NCBI GenBank assembly: GCA_040757295.1
Contig: JBFLXH010000002.1
Span: 49,579-113,578, forward strand
Source: Bacillota bacterium
Lineage (GTDB): Bacteria > Bacillota > PH28-bin88
DNA: 64,000 nt
Reading direction: 5' to 3'
Under the pieces are notes generated by a model. That model saw only the letters and a program-made list of their open reading frames with translations, searched no databases and was not told where the DNA came from. Position 1 is the stretch's first letter. Each line of letters opens with the position of its first letter. A program made the position numbers and the translations under genes. This document shows positions 23,213-32,494 of this stretch, in pieces.

Positions 23213-23518
23213 GTGGTTTTTAACAGCAAGCTTCAGGATCCTTTTGTAGATGCCCTTTTTGATGCAATTCTCTTGCTGCAGGACCGGGAGGAATGCTATC
23301 GCTTTTTCGAAGACCTTTGCACTATTAGTGAGATTAAGGCCCTTGCCCAGCGCCTTGAAGTAGCCAAGATGCTGGAAAAAAACTATACTTACGGCACCAT
23401 CGCAGAGGAAACTGGAGCCAGTACCGCCACCATTAGCAGGGTTAAGCGGGCCCTTTTCTACGGTGCGGATGGTTACCGCTTGATTTTACGCCGTCTTCCT
23501 AGTCATCAGGAACCATAG
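23213..23518 (+). CDS. yerC: YerC/YecD TrpR-like regulator (HisR)
   Basis: ECYRFFEDLCT..E..AQRLEVA..TGASTATISRV; adjacent to the his operon. Confidence 0.92.
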   Translation: MVFNSKLQDPFVDALFDAILLLQDREECYRFFEDLCTISEIKALAQRLEVAKMLEKNYTYGTIAEETGASTATISRVKRALFYGADGYRLILRRLPSHQEP

Positions 23519-23529
23519 GATTATGCCCA

Positions 23530-23556
23530 AACCCCTGCGGGGGGTTTTTCTCTTTT
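23530..23556 (+). terminator. Intrinsic terminator after yerC
   Basis: AACCCC-TGCGG-GGGGTT stem followed by a T-rich tract. Confidence 0.6.
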
Positions 23557-23570
23557 GACAAAAAATTTCA

Positions 23571-23627
23571 TTGACGGGGTTTCTGATCCGGTGTTATTAT
23601 TACGTTAATACGTTATCAAGTTAAAGG
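23571..23627 (+). promoter_or_regulatory. his operon SigA promoter plus candidate HisR operator
   Basis: TTGACG (23571), extended -10 TGnTATTAT (23592-23600), then ACGTTA-N6-TAAAGG (23610-23627). Confidence 0.6.
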
Positions 23628-23643
23628 AATTGGAGAGACGGGC

Positions 23644-24825
23644 ATGGCTAAGTTAATGGCCTGGCGGGTGCCGGAAGGAGTAAAGGACTGGCTGCCGGGG
23701 GAGGCCTGGAAGAAACGAGAATTGGAAAACAGGCTGGCCAAACTGTTCCAGCAGTGGGCTTACCAAGAGGTGGTTACCCCCACAATAGAGTTTTACCATA
23801 CCTTTCAAAGTGTGGAAACCATGCTGGAAGACGATATGGTTTATAAGTTTATTGACAGGCAGGGTCCTGTGCTGGCTTTGCGGCCTGATATGACCACCCC
23901 CATTGCCCGGTTGACTGTTTCCCGTTTATTAAAGGGACAGGACGCTCCCCTCAGGCTTTTTTACATTGCAAATGTATTCCGCTACGAATCCGGTCAGGCT
24001 GGCCGTCAGCGGGAATTTTACCAGGCCGGGGTTGAATTGGTGGGGGCAAAGGGGCCGTGGGCGGATGCTGAAGTAATTGCCTTAGCCATTGAAGCCCTGC
24101 GCTCTGCAGGATTGGAGGATTTTCGCCTGGGCATAGGTCAAATATCAGTTACGAAACGCTTGCTGGCAGAGTTAGACCTACCTCCCGGTGAAATCCAAAT
24201 GCTGAAACAGGCTATGAGCAAAAAAGACCTGGTTAAACTTGAGAAAATTTTAGAAAAGGCTGAACTGTCGCCAGGGCAGCGAGAGCTCATTATGGGGGTA
24301 TATAACCTGCACGGGGGAAATTCGGTTTTGCAGAAAGTTTTTAAGTTGATCAAGGATGAAGAAGCTAGGCTTGATTTAGAAAACCTGGCAGAAGTATGGG
24401 AAGCCTTACAAGCCTACAATGTGGCGGATCAAGTCTTTTTTGACCTAGGATTGCTCAGAGATTTTGAATACTATACTGGGGTTGTTTTTGAAGGTTATGC
24501 GCCTGGCCTTGGTTTTCCTGTTTGCGGCGGGGGCCGGTATGATAATTTGTTGGAAAGGTTCGGCTGTTCCTGTCCGGCCACCGGATTTGCCCTCGGAATT
24601 GAGCGAGTTATGATGGCAAACCCGATGGCAAGGGTTGCGGTTGCCTCTCCACCAGACTATCTGGTTGCTGGGGCCAACCATGCTAAGGTACTGCAGACGG
24701 CGGCCCAGCTGCGCCAGGCCGGAGCCAAAGTAGAGGTGGAATTAAGCGGTCGGTTAGGACCGGAATTATCTGCTTATGCCAGGTCCAAAGGTATCAAAGA
24801 GGTCATTGCTATAGGAGAGGATTAG
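23644..24825 (+). CDS. hisZ: ATP phosphoribosyltransferase regulatory subunit
   Basis: HisRS-like LRPDMTTPIAR, REFYQAGVE, YYTG, GGGRYD; precedes short-form hisG. Confidence 0.95.
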   Translation: MAKLMAWRVPEGVKDWLPGEAWKKRELENRLAKLFQQWAYQEVVTPTIEFYHTFQSVETMLEDDMVYKFIDRQGPVLALRPDMTTPIARLTVSRLLKGQDAPLRLFYIANVFRYESGQAGRQREFYQAGVELVGAKGPWADAEVIALAIEALRSAGLEDFRLGIGQISVTKRLLAELDLPPGEIQMLKQAMSKKDLVKLEKILEKAELSPGQRELIMGVYNLHGGNSVLQKVFKLIKDEEARLDLENLAEVWEALQAYNVADQVFFDLGLLRDFEYYTGVVFEGYAPGLGFPVCGGGRYDNLLERFGCSCPATGFALGIERVMMANPMARVAVASPPDYLVAGANHAKVLQTAAQLRQAGAKVEVELSGRLGPELSAYARSKGIKEVIAIGED

Positions 24826-25503
24826 ATGCAAAAAGAAGTGACCATAGCCTTGCCGAAGGGAAAGCTGGGCGACGAGGCCTTAGAACTCCTGGGAAAGGCC
24901 GGCCTTCCGGTAGAAGATGTCCAAACGGAATCCCGCCAGCTATTATTCCAATTTCCCCGGGAGCAAATTCGCTATATTATTTGCCGCCCGACGGATATCC
25001 CCATATATGTTGATTACGGTGCAGCGGATTTAGGTATAGTTGGGAAAGATACTGTGGTTGAAGCTGGGGCAGAGGTTTTCGAATTGGTAGATTTAAAATT
25101 TGGCCGCTGCCGTTTTGTGGCTGCGGTGCCGAAGCAGGCAGCCGAGGAATACCTTAACAGCGGTCAAGGCTTTTCCTATTTCGATCGGGTACGGGTAGCC
25201 ACCAAGTTTCCCCGGGTTGCCCGGGAGTATTTTGCCAGCAAGGGGATGCAGGTAGAAGTTGTAAAACTGCACGGAAACATTGAACTAGCTCCCCGAGTAG
25301 GGCTGGCGGAGATGATCGTTGACATTGTATCCACTGGCCGCACCCTGGCTGAGAACGACTTGGTGCCCGTAGCGGATATCTTTGAAGCAACTGCCCGGCT
25401 GATTGCCAATAGAGTAAGCTATCGTATTCACCATCATCGAATGCAGACTATCGTTGAACATTTGCGATTGGCAGTGGGGAATGGAGGGGAACGGCAATGT
25501 TAA
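24826..25503 (+). CDS. hisG: ATP phosphoribosyltransferase, short form
   Basis: IALPKG, VATKFP, GNIELAP..GLA..IVDIVSTGRTL. Confidence 0.96.
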   Translation: MQKEVTIALPKGKLGDEALELLGKAGLPVEDVQTESRQLLFQFPREQIRYIICRPTDIPIYVDYGAADLGIVGKDTVVEAGAEVFELVDLKFGRCRFVAAVPKQAAEEYLNSGQGFSYFDRVRVATKFPRVAREYFASKGMQVEVVKLHGNIELAPRVGLAEMIVDIVSTGRTLAENDLVPVADIFEATARLIANRVSYRIHHHRMQTIVEHLRLAVGNGGERQC

Positions 25504-26828
25504 GACTTCTGAGCAGCAAGCACCCTGTGGTTTGTGAACTCTTAAATAAGAAGCTGCAGATATTGCGGGAGGTGGAAGACGTTGTAAGCCAAGTGCTGGC
25601 AGCTGTAAAAAACTCCGGTGATGCAGCTTTATTTCAATATACCTTGGAGTTTGACGGCGTAGGGCTTAACCGGGACAATCTCCGGGTAAGCCAAGAGGAG
25701 ATCAAGGAGGCCTATCAAAAGGTTGAACCTGATTTCCTCACTTCATTAAATTCCGCTAAAGAAAATATTATTGCTTACCATCGCCGCCAGTCTCAAAACA
25801 ATTGGCTGCAGCCCGATGCAGCGGGCAACATTGTCGGCCTTTTCTACCGGCCTTTACGCCGGGTTGGTATTTATGTGCCAGGCGGGACAGCTGCATACCC
25901 CTCTTCCGTATTGATGAACGCCCTACCCGCTGCGGTAGCAGGGGTGCCGGAAATTGTAATGGTTACACCGCCCCAAAAGGACAGCACAGTTAACCCTTAT
26001 GTATTGGTAGCTGCAGACCTGGCCGGGGTGACTGAGATTTATAAAGTAGGTGGGGCCCAGGCTATTGGCGCCCTTGCCTATGGCACGGAGCTGGTGCAAA
26101 AAGCAGATAAGATCGTTGGCCCTGGGAACATCTATGTAACAGCGGCCAAGAAAATGGTTTTTGGCGATGTGGATATTGATATGCTGGCTGGACCGAGCGA
26201 AATCATGATTTTAGCTGATGATACAGCCAATCCGGCATGGCTGGCTGCTGACCTTTTGTCGCAGGCAGAACATGACCCGCTGGCTTCTTCTATTTTATGT
26301 ACACCGGATGCGAATCTGGCGCAAAAAGTACAACAAGAGGTATCCCGCCAGTTGACCCTTTTGCCCCGCCAACAGATTGCCAGGGCTTCTCTGGAGCAAA
26401 ACGGTGGGATCATTATTACTGCTGACCTGGCGGAAGCTATGGATTTGGCCAATAAATTCGCCCCGGAACATCTGGAACTGGCCTTGGCTGAACCCTGGGA
26501 GTGGTTGGGCAAAGTGCAGAACGCCGGAACGGTATTCTTGGGCCATTATACCCCTGAACCCGTAGGAGACTATTATGCTGGCACCAACCACGTTCTTCCC
26601 ACAGGCGGTACCTCCAGGTTTTTTTCTCCTTTGGGGGTAGAAACCTTTATGAAGCGAATGAGCCTGGTTTCCTACACCAAGGAGGGCCTAGAAGCAGCTC
26701 TCCCTCACATTAAATGTCTGGCCCGGGTGGAAGGTTTAGAAGCCCATGCCAATGCGGTGAAGGTCCGTTTCAAGCAGCTCAATTCCCGGCTAGCAAGGGA
26801 GGAATGGAATTGTCTAGGTCGGCATTAA
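25497..26828 (+). CDS. hisD: Histidinol dehydrogenase
   Basis: GIYVPGG, GPGNIYV, DMLAGPSE, SQAEHD, APEHL, GTNHVLPT. Confidence 0.97.
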   Translation: MLRLLSSKHPVVCELLNKKLQILREVEDVVSQVLAAVKNSGDAALFQYTLEFDGVGLNRDNLRVSQEEIKEAYQKVEPDFLTSLNSAKENIIAYHRRQSQNNWLQPDAAGNIVGLFYRPLRRVGIYVPGGTAAYPSSVLMNALPAAVAGVPEIVMVTPPQKDSTVNPYVLVAADLAGVTEIYKVGGAQAIGALAYGTELVQKADKIVGPGNIYVTAAKKMVFGDVDIDMLAGPSEIMILADDTANPAWLAADLLSQAEHDPLASSILCTPDANLAQKVQQEVSRQLTLLPRQQIARASLEQNGGIIITADLAEAMDLANKFAPEHLELALAEPWEWLGKVQNAGTVFLGHYTPEPVGDYYAGTNHVLPTGGTSRFFSPLGVETFMKRMSLVSYTKEGLEAALPHIKCLARVEGLEAHANAVKVRFKQLNSRLAREEWNCLGRH

Positions 26829-27403
26829 TTAAGCGGGCAACCCGGGAAACCGAAGTCGCGGTTCGGCTTCTCCTGGAGGGAACAGGAAATTCCAGCATTA
26901 AAACTGGCATTGGGTTTTTTGATCATATGTTGTCTCTTTTTGCCCGCCACGGCTTATTCGATCTAGATGTGGAGGCAAGAGGGGATCTGGAAGTTGATGG
27001 TCATCACACGGTAGAGGATGTTGGTCTTTGTCTTGGCCAAGCCATCAAAGATTGTCTGGGGGACCGGTCAGGGATTCGCCGTTACGGCCATGCCCTTATT
27101 CCCATGGATGAGGCTTTGGTCCAGGTGGTAGTTGATCTCAGTGGACGTCCCTATTTGGTTTGGCCGGCTGAAGCTTTTCCCTTGTCCCAGGTTGGGAGCT
27201 TTGCAACTGAGCTGGTGGAAGAATTTATGCGGGCTGTTGTTAACCAGGGCGGGCTGACCCTGCATGTCAGGATTTTGGCCGGACGCAATACGCATCACAT
27301 GGTGGAAACAGTGTTTAAAGCTTTGGGACGGGCTTTGCGGGAAGCAGTGGAAATAGACCCCCGGGAGGTAGGAGTGCCTTCCTCAAAAGGGGTTTTAGTA
27401 TAA
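26810..27403 (+). CDS. hisB: Imidazoleglycerol-phosphate dehydratase
   Basis: FFDHML, DGHHTVED, PMDEAL, NTHHMVE; TTG start after AGGGAGG. Confidence 0.96.
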   Translation: MSRSALIKRATRETEVAVRLLLEGTGNSSIKTGIGFFDHMLSLFARHGLFDLDVEARGDLEVDGHHTVEDVGLCLGQAIKDCLGDRSGIRRYGHALIPMDEALVQVVVDLSGRPYLVWPAEAFPLSQVGSFATELVEEFMRAVVNQGGLTLHVRILAGRNTHHMVETVFKALGRALREAVEIDPREVGVPSSKGVLV

Positions 27404-27426
27404 TGGCACACCGGGTGGAGGAAATT

Positions 27427-28056
27427 ATGATTGCAATTATTGATTATGGTTTAGGTAACCTGCGCAGTGTCGCAAAAGGTCTTGAACAGGTGGGATATCA
27501 GTCTTTAGTTACTAATGATCCCTCCATGGTGATGCAGGCCCAAGGGGTAGTGCTGCCAGGGGTGGGGGCTTTTGCGGCAGCAATGGCCAGTTTGAAACGC
27601 ACCGGTATGGCTGAAGCTATCTACCAGGTGGTAGAAAGAGGGAAGCCCTTTTTGGGGATTTGTTTGGGCCTGCAGCTGCTGTTTCAGGCCAGTGAAGAAA
27701 ACGGCTGCCACCAGGGCTTGGGCATCCTGCCAGGTAAGGTCAGGCGGCTGCCGCCTATGCTAAAAGTGCCCCACATGGGCTGGAATTCTATCGAGATGAC
27801 AGTGGAAAACCATCCCTTATGGCAGGGTATCCCTCCCTGTACTCCTTTTTATTTTGTGCATTCCTATTATGTTGACCCAGAGGACAAGGGACAAGTCCTG
27901 GCTAGGTCAAATTATGGGATAGATTTTGTTGTCGCCGCCGGCCGGGGAAATGTGATGGGGGTCCAATTTCACCCGGAGAAAAGTAGCTATCACGGCTTGC
28001 AATTGCTAAAAAACTTCGGGGAGTTGGTAAAAAATGCTGATTATTCCGGCCATTGA
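27427..28056 (+). CDS. hisH: IGP synthase glutaminase subunit
   Basis: IIDYGLGN, LPGVGAF, GICLG, PHMGWN, QFHPEKS. Confidence 0.96.
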   Translation: MIAIIDYGLGNLRSVAKGLEQVGYQSLVTNDPSMVMQAQGVVLPGVGAFAAAMASLKRTGMAEAIYQVVERGKPFLGICLGLQLLFQASEENGCHQGLGILPGKVRRLPPMLKVPHMGWNSIEMTVENHPLWQGIPPCTPFYFVHSYYVDPEDKGQVLARSNYGIDFVVAAGRGNVMGVQFHPEKSSYHGLQLLKNFGELVKNADYSGH

Positions 28057-28771
28057 CCTCCGGGATGCCAAGTGTGTCCGCTTATACCAGGGAAAGCTGG
28101 AGGAAGAAACGGTCTTTTCTGACGATCCGGTAGCCGTAGCTTGCAGCTGGGCCGAGATGGGAGCCCCGTTTTTGCACGTCGTTGACTTGGACGGAGCTTT
28201 TTGCGGCTATCCCCGAAACCTGGATATTGTGCGGGAAATAGCCCAGAGTGTCAACATTCCGGTTCAAATGGGGGGAGGGATCCGGACTATGGAAACCGTA
28301 GCCCAGGTGCTGGCAACCGGTGTTAGTAGAGTAATCCTTGGTACAGCAGCCATATCCCAGCAGTCAATGGTTAAGGAAGCCTGCCAGGAATTCGGTTCTC
28401 GCATCCTGGTGGGAATTGACAGCCGGGATGGCCAAGTGGCGGTTGAGGGTTGGGCCGCAACAGTCGATCGGACTGCCCTTGACTTAGCCAGACAGATGGC
28501 TGACCTAGGTGTCGAACGGATTATATATACGGATATCCGGCGGGATGGAACCTTGGTCGGTCCAAATTTGGAAGCGACAAGAGAACTGGCCCAGGTTTCC
28601 GGGTTAAAAGTCATTGCTTCCGGCGGGATGGCATCGCTGGAAGATGTGGGGAAAATTGTTCAGTTGGAGCAATATGGCGTGGAAGGGGTTATCCTCGGCA
28701 AAGCATTATACACCGGAGCTATCAGCCTGCCTGACGCCCTGGCGCTAGCAGGCGGTGGGGAGGTGGGCTAG
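28034..28771 (+). CDS. hisA: ProFAR isomerase
   Basis: [32 protein letters not shown]. Confidence 0.96.
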   Translation: MLIIPAIDLRDAKCVRLYQGKLEEETVFSDDPVAVACSWAEMGAPFLHVVDLDGAFCGYPRNLDIVREIAQSVNIPVQMGGGIRTMETVAQVLATGVSRVILGTAAISQQSMVKEACQEFGSRILVGIDSRDGQVAVEGWAATVDRTALDLARQMADLGVERIIYTDIRRDGTLVGPNLEATRELAQVSGLKVIASGGMASLEDVGKIVQLEQYGVEGVILGKALYTGAISLPDALALAGGGEVG

Positions 28772-28773
28772 TA

Positions 28774-29562
28774 ATGTTAGCAAAAAGAATCATTCCCTGT
28801 TTAGATGTTAATTCCGGTCGAGTTGTGAAGGGGACAAATTTTGTTAACCTTAGGGATGCCGGGGATCCGGTAGAATTGGCTGCTGCCTACGACAGAATGG
28901 GAGCTGATGAGCTGGTATTCCTGGATATTACCGCTTCGGCAGAAGCCAGGGATATTATGGCGGAAATAGTGGCGAAAACAGCAGAACAGGTCTTTATTCC
29001 TTTTACCGTCGGCGGGGGTTTGCGGTCCCTGGAAGACATCCGCCGGATGTTACAGGCCGGCGCTGATAAAATTTCTCTCAACACAGCTGGCGTAAAAAAC
29101 CCGGGATTAATCAGGGAGGCAGCGCAAAAGTTTGGCAGCCAATGCGTTGTGGTAGCTATAGATGCCAGGCAGGTCAGGAAGGGACACTGGGAAGTATATG
29201 TGAACGGCGGGCGAACTCCAACGGGACTCAATGTCCTTGCTTGGGCTTGTCAAGCAGAGGAGTTGGGAGCCGGGGAAATCCTCCTCACCAGCATGGACAG
29301 AGACGGTACGAAAGATGGTTACGATCTTGCCCTGACAAGGGCGGTAAGCCGGGTAGTCAATATTCCGGTAATTGCCTCCGGCGGGGTAGGCAGCCTGGAG
29401 CACCTTTATGAAGGTCTAACGGTTGGGGAAGCAGACGCTGTGCTGGCGGCGTCAATTTTTCATTATGGAGAATATACAATTGGTGCAGCCAAAGCCTATT
29501 TGGCAGCAAAAGGAGTCGTGGTGCGCCATGCAGCTAAAGATAGTATCCCAGGAATTAATTAA
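28774..29562 (+). CDS. hisF: IGP synthase cyclase subunit
   Basis: [33 protein letters not shown]. Confidence 0.97.
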   Translation: MLAKRIIPCLDVNSGRVVKGTNFVNLRDAGDPVELAAAYDRMGADELVFLDITASAEARDIMAEIVAKTAEQVFIPFTVGGGLRSLEDIRRMLQAGADKISLNTAGVKNPGLIREAAQKFGSQCVVVAIDARQVRKGHWEVYVNGGRTPTGLNVLAWACQAEELGAGEILLTSMDRDGTKDGYDLALTRAVSRVVNIPVIASGGVGSLEHLYEGLTVGEADAVLAASIFHYGEYTIGAAKAYLAAKGVVVRHAAKDSIPGIN

Positions 29563-30205
29563 TTCCTTTCAATTCAGCCCTCAGGGCCTCATACCGGCGA
29601 TTATCCAGGAGGAAGGAACTGGCCAGGTCTTGATGCTAGCATATATGAACAAAGAATCCCTGCAAAAGTCCTTAGAAACAGGGGAGACCTGGTTTTTTAG
29701 CCGCAGCCGCCAGGAGCTGTGGCATAAAGGGGCGACTTCCGGGCATGTGCAAAAAATCAAAGACCTTTTCTTTGACTGTGACAGGGATGCCTTGCTTATT
29801 CAAGTAGAACAGTCTGGCGTTGCGTGTCATGAAGGAGAGTTTAGCTGTTTTCATTACCGGGTCTCTGCTGATGGCCAACAGGAATCCTTGCAGGGGCAAC
29901 AGGGAATGGAGCAGAACCTAGCCATGCAATTACATAAATTGCTGCAGGTAATTGAAACCAGGAAAGCAGACCGGCCAGAAGGCTCCTACACCTCTTACTT
30001 ATTTAATTCGGGCCAGGATAAAATTCTGAAGAAACTGGGAGAAGAAGCGGTAGAGGTAGTGATTGCCTCCAAGAATCAGAACCGGGAGGAAGTTATATAT
30101 GAAATAGCAGATTTGTGGTACCACTGTTTAGTCCTGATGGCTTACCACGGTGTCAGCCTGCAGGACATATCCCAAGAGCTGAACGGCAGGGTAAGAAGGA
30201 AATAA
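29528..30205 (+). CDS. hisIE: Bifunctional PR-AMP cyclohydrolase / PR-ATP pyrophosphatase
   Basis: [43 protein letters not shown]. Confidence 0.95.
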   Translation: MQLKIVSQELINSFQFSPQGLIPAIIQEEGTGQVLMLAYMNKESLQKSLETGETWFFSRSRQELWHKGATSGHVQKIKDLFFDCDRDALLIQVEQSGVACHEGEFSCFHYRVSADGQQESLQGQQGMEQNLAMQLHKLLQVIETRKADRPEGSYTSYLFNSGQDKILKKLGEEAVEVVIASKNQNREEVIYEIADLWYHCLVLMAYHGVSLQDISQELNGRVRRK

Positions 30206-30318
30206 CTAACAAATAAGCAGGAATTATGTGTTCTACACGGAATTAAATTACCAGCGGCCTTTTGTAGTGAGGATCGTGGCAATACAAGCAATTATTGTAT
30301 AAGGAATGAGGTGGAAGA

Positions 30319-31320
30319 ATGAAAAACAAGGTATTGCTGGCGGAAAGGATTCATCCGGTGGGAATCAAACTCTTGGAGGAACAGGCGGAAGTCCACCTGG
30401 CCCGGGATGCTTCCACTGCCGGACTATTGGAAGCCATTGGCGGGATGGCCGGGTTAATTATCCGCAGCACCAAACTGGAAAACGAAGTTTTGGAGGCAGC
30501 CGATAGTTTGAAGGTAATCGGCCGGCATGGTATTGGTTTGGACAACATTGATGTTCCCTTTGCGACCCAAAAGGGAATCGCAGTTGTTAACGCTCCCACT
30601 GCCAATGTAAATTCAGTTGCTGAACATGTCATCGCTATGATGCTGGCTTTGACCAAAAAGCTGCTGCCTGCGGATCAAGCTTTGCGTGCCGGAGATTTTG
30701 CCGTAAAAGGCGCTTCTTTGCCTCAATTATGCCAAAGCAAGGGTTTTTCTGGGATTGAGCTGGAAGGGAAGACCTTGGGTCTAATCGGTTTTGGGAAAAT
30801 TGGCTCTCTGGTAGCTAAAAAATGCGTGGCGGCTTTCGCCATGAAGGTACTGGCCTTTGATCCTCCTTTGAAAGGCCGTATTGAACTGCCGCCAGAAACT
30901 GCCTGGGCGGAGAGCAAAGAGGAACTCCTGGCCCAATCGGATTTCGTCTCTTTGCATTTGCCTTTAACCCCGGCTACTAGGGATTTCATCGGCGAAGCCG
31001 AACTGGCCTTAATGAAGCCTTCTGCCTATTTGATTAATGCTGCCCGGGGCGGGGTGGTAAACGAGGATGCCCTGGTTAAGGCCTTAAAAGCAGGAACAAT
31101 TGCCGGAGCCGGTCTGGACGTGTTTGCCCAGGAACCCCCAGATCATACGATGGAACTGTTTAGACTGCCCAATGTAATAGTAAGTCCTCATGCGGCTGCC
31201 ATGACGGAGGAGGCTTTGCAGCGGATGGCCCGGGAAGCAGTGGAAGGGGTTTTGGCTGTCCTGCGGGGAGAAAGCCCCTTTAACCTTGTCAACCCTGCTT
31301 ACCGCACTTTGGGTCAATAG
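30319..31320 (+). CDS. D-2-hydroxyacid dehydrogenase (SerA/hydroxypyruvate reductase-like, no ACT domain)
   Basis: RHGIGLDNID, GFGKIG, NAARGG, DVFAQEP, SPHAA. Confidence 0.88.
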   Translation: MKNKVLLAERIHPVGIKLLEEQAEVHLARDASTAGLLEAIGGMAGLIIRSTKLENEVLEAADSLKVIGRHGIGLDNIDVPFATQKGIAVVNAPTANVNSVAEHVIAMMLALTKKLLPADQALRAGDFAVKGASLPQLCQSKGFSGIELEGKTLGLIGFGKIGSLVAKKCVAAFAMKVLAFDPPLKGRIELPPETAWAESKEELLAQSDFVSLHLPLTPATRDFIGEAELALMKPSAYLINAARGGVVNEDALVKALKAGTIAGAGLDVFAQEPPDHTMELFRLPNVIVSPHAAAMTEEALQRMAREAVEGVLAVLRGESPFNLVNPAYRTLGQ

Positions 31321-31321
31321 G

Positions 31322-31457
31322 TTCAACTGGGTCTTGACTTCAGCGGGGGATTGTTACCCCGCTGAAGGTTAGAGCCAGTTAATGCAGTGGCGTAGCCGCT
31401 CTTAGACCGCCGCTTGGAGAAGAGGGGGTATTAGAGCGGATAGCCATCTGTGATAAA
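31322..31457 (+). repeat. Structured dispersed repeat, copy 2 (short form)
   Basis: Reverse complement matches 22792-22993 apart from one missing hairpin module and variable loops. Confidence 0.88.
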
Positions 31458-31485
31458 AAGGGGCGCCCCCACCGGGCGCCCTCTT
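31456..31485. terminator. Bidirectional terminator between convergent genes
   Basis: AAAAGGGGCGCCC-CCACC-GGGCGCCCTCTT. Confidence 0.65.
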
Positions 31486-31507
31486 AATTAGACTTTGGAG
31501 TTTTAAA

Positions 31508-32494
31508 TTAAGGCCGCAATACCACTTTAATCGCAGTGTCATCCTTGTCCACCAGATCAAAGGCTTCTTTGATCTTATCCAGGGGAAACTCATGAGTGAT
31601 CAGGGACTTGACGTCAATCAGTTTCTGAACTACCGGCCTTAAAGAACCCGGTGTCCACACAAACCGCTCTTGGGGCGAATGGTGTACCAGGCAGGTATTG
31701 ATATGCTCAATCCCGTCATCATGCCAGCGGCTGATATTTAGCTTCACCGGGGTGGTAATCCAGCTGTACCAGACAAATTTCCCATTGTGTTTGAGTATTT
31801 CTGTCGCTTGGTTAATTGATTGTTCACTTCCTGCTGCTTCGACTACCACGTCGGCTCCCATATCCTTGGTGAGGGTTTTTACCACCTCAACAGGGTCCTG
31901 TTTGGCAGCGTTAATAACTATATCTGCCCCCAGCTTTTTTGCCAGATCCAATTTGCCATCCAGCACATCAACTACAACCGTGGTGGCGGCGCCTTTCTTT
32001 TTAACTACCTGAGCAATGATCTGCCCGGCAAACCCTGCTCCCATGATCACAACCGTATCGCCTAACTGGACACCGGAGTATAGCCCGGAGTACATAGCAC
32101 AGGCAATCGGTTCCCCAAGGCAGGCCAGGTCCATATCCAGACCCGCTGGCACTGGCTGCAGTTCCCAAACCTTAGCCTTAAAAAACTGAGACAGGTTGTT
32201 ATTCCAGCCAAAAGCCATTACCTTATCTCCAACCTGGTATTCCCGCACTTTGCTGCCGGTTTCAACAACAGTGCCACCGCTTTCATGTCCCAGATAAAAG
32301 GGGAATTTTGGCTCTTGCCGGAATTCAGCTGTTTTTGGTGGGAGCTGGCCCCGGTAAAAGGTCTTATCCGAGCCGCAAATACCTACCAGGTGGTTCTGTA
32401 CGATAACCTCATCTTCGCCGCAAATAAGCTCCCTCTCAATTAGTTCGATGTCATAGGGTCCCTTCAGTAATGCTGCTTTTGTCTTAATGCTCAA
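31508..32494 (-). CDS. MDR-family (Zn-type) alcohol/polyol dehydrogenase lacking the structural-Zn loop
   Basis: GICGSD, LGHE, LGEP, GAGFAG; no 4-Cys lobe; start overlaps the glxK stop. Confidence 0.85.
   Translation of the reverse strand: MSIKTKAALLKGPYDIELIERELICGEDEVIVQNHLVGICGSDKTFYRGQLPPKTAEFRQEPKFPFYLGHESGGTVVETGSKVREYQVGDKVMAFGWNNNLSQFFKAKVWELQPVPAGLDMDLACLGEPIACAMYSGLYSGVQLGDTVVIMGAGFAGQIIAQVVKKKGAATTVVVDVLDGKLDLAKKLGADIVINAAKQDPVEVVKTLTKDMGADVVVEAAGSEQSINQATEILKHNGKFVWYSWITTPVKLNISRWHDDGIEHINTCLVHHSPQERFVWTPGSLRPVVQKLIDVKSLITHEFPLDKIKEAFDLVDKDDTAIKVVLRP

Noticed and set aside
23644-30205. his operon lacks hisC and a histidinol-phosphatase gene
   Set aside because: These genes are commonly located elsewhere in Firmicutes
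30319-31320. Calling this gene serA
   Set aside because: Lacks ACT/ASB domains, and the context favours a catabolic hydroxyacid dehydrogenase; symbol withheld
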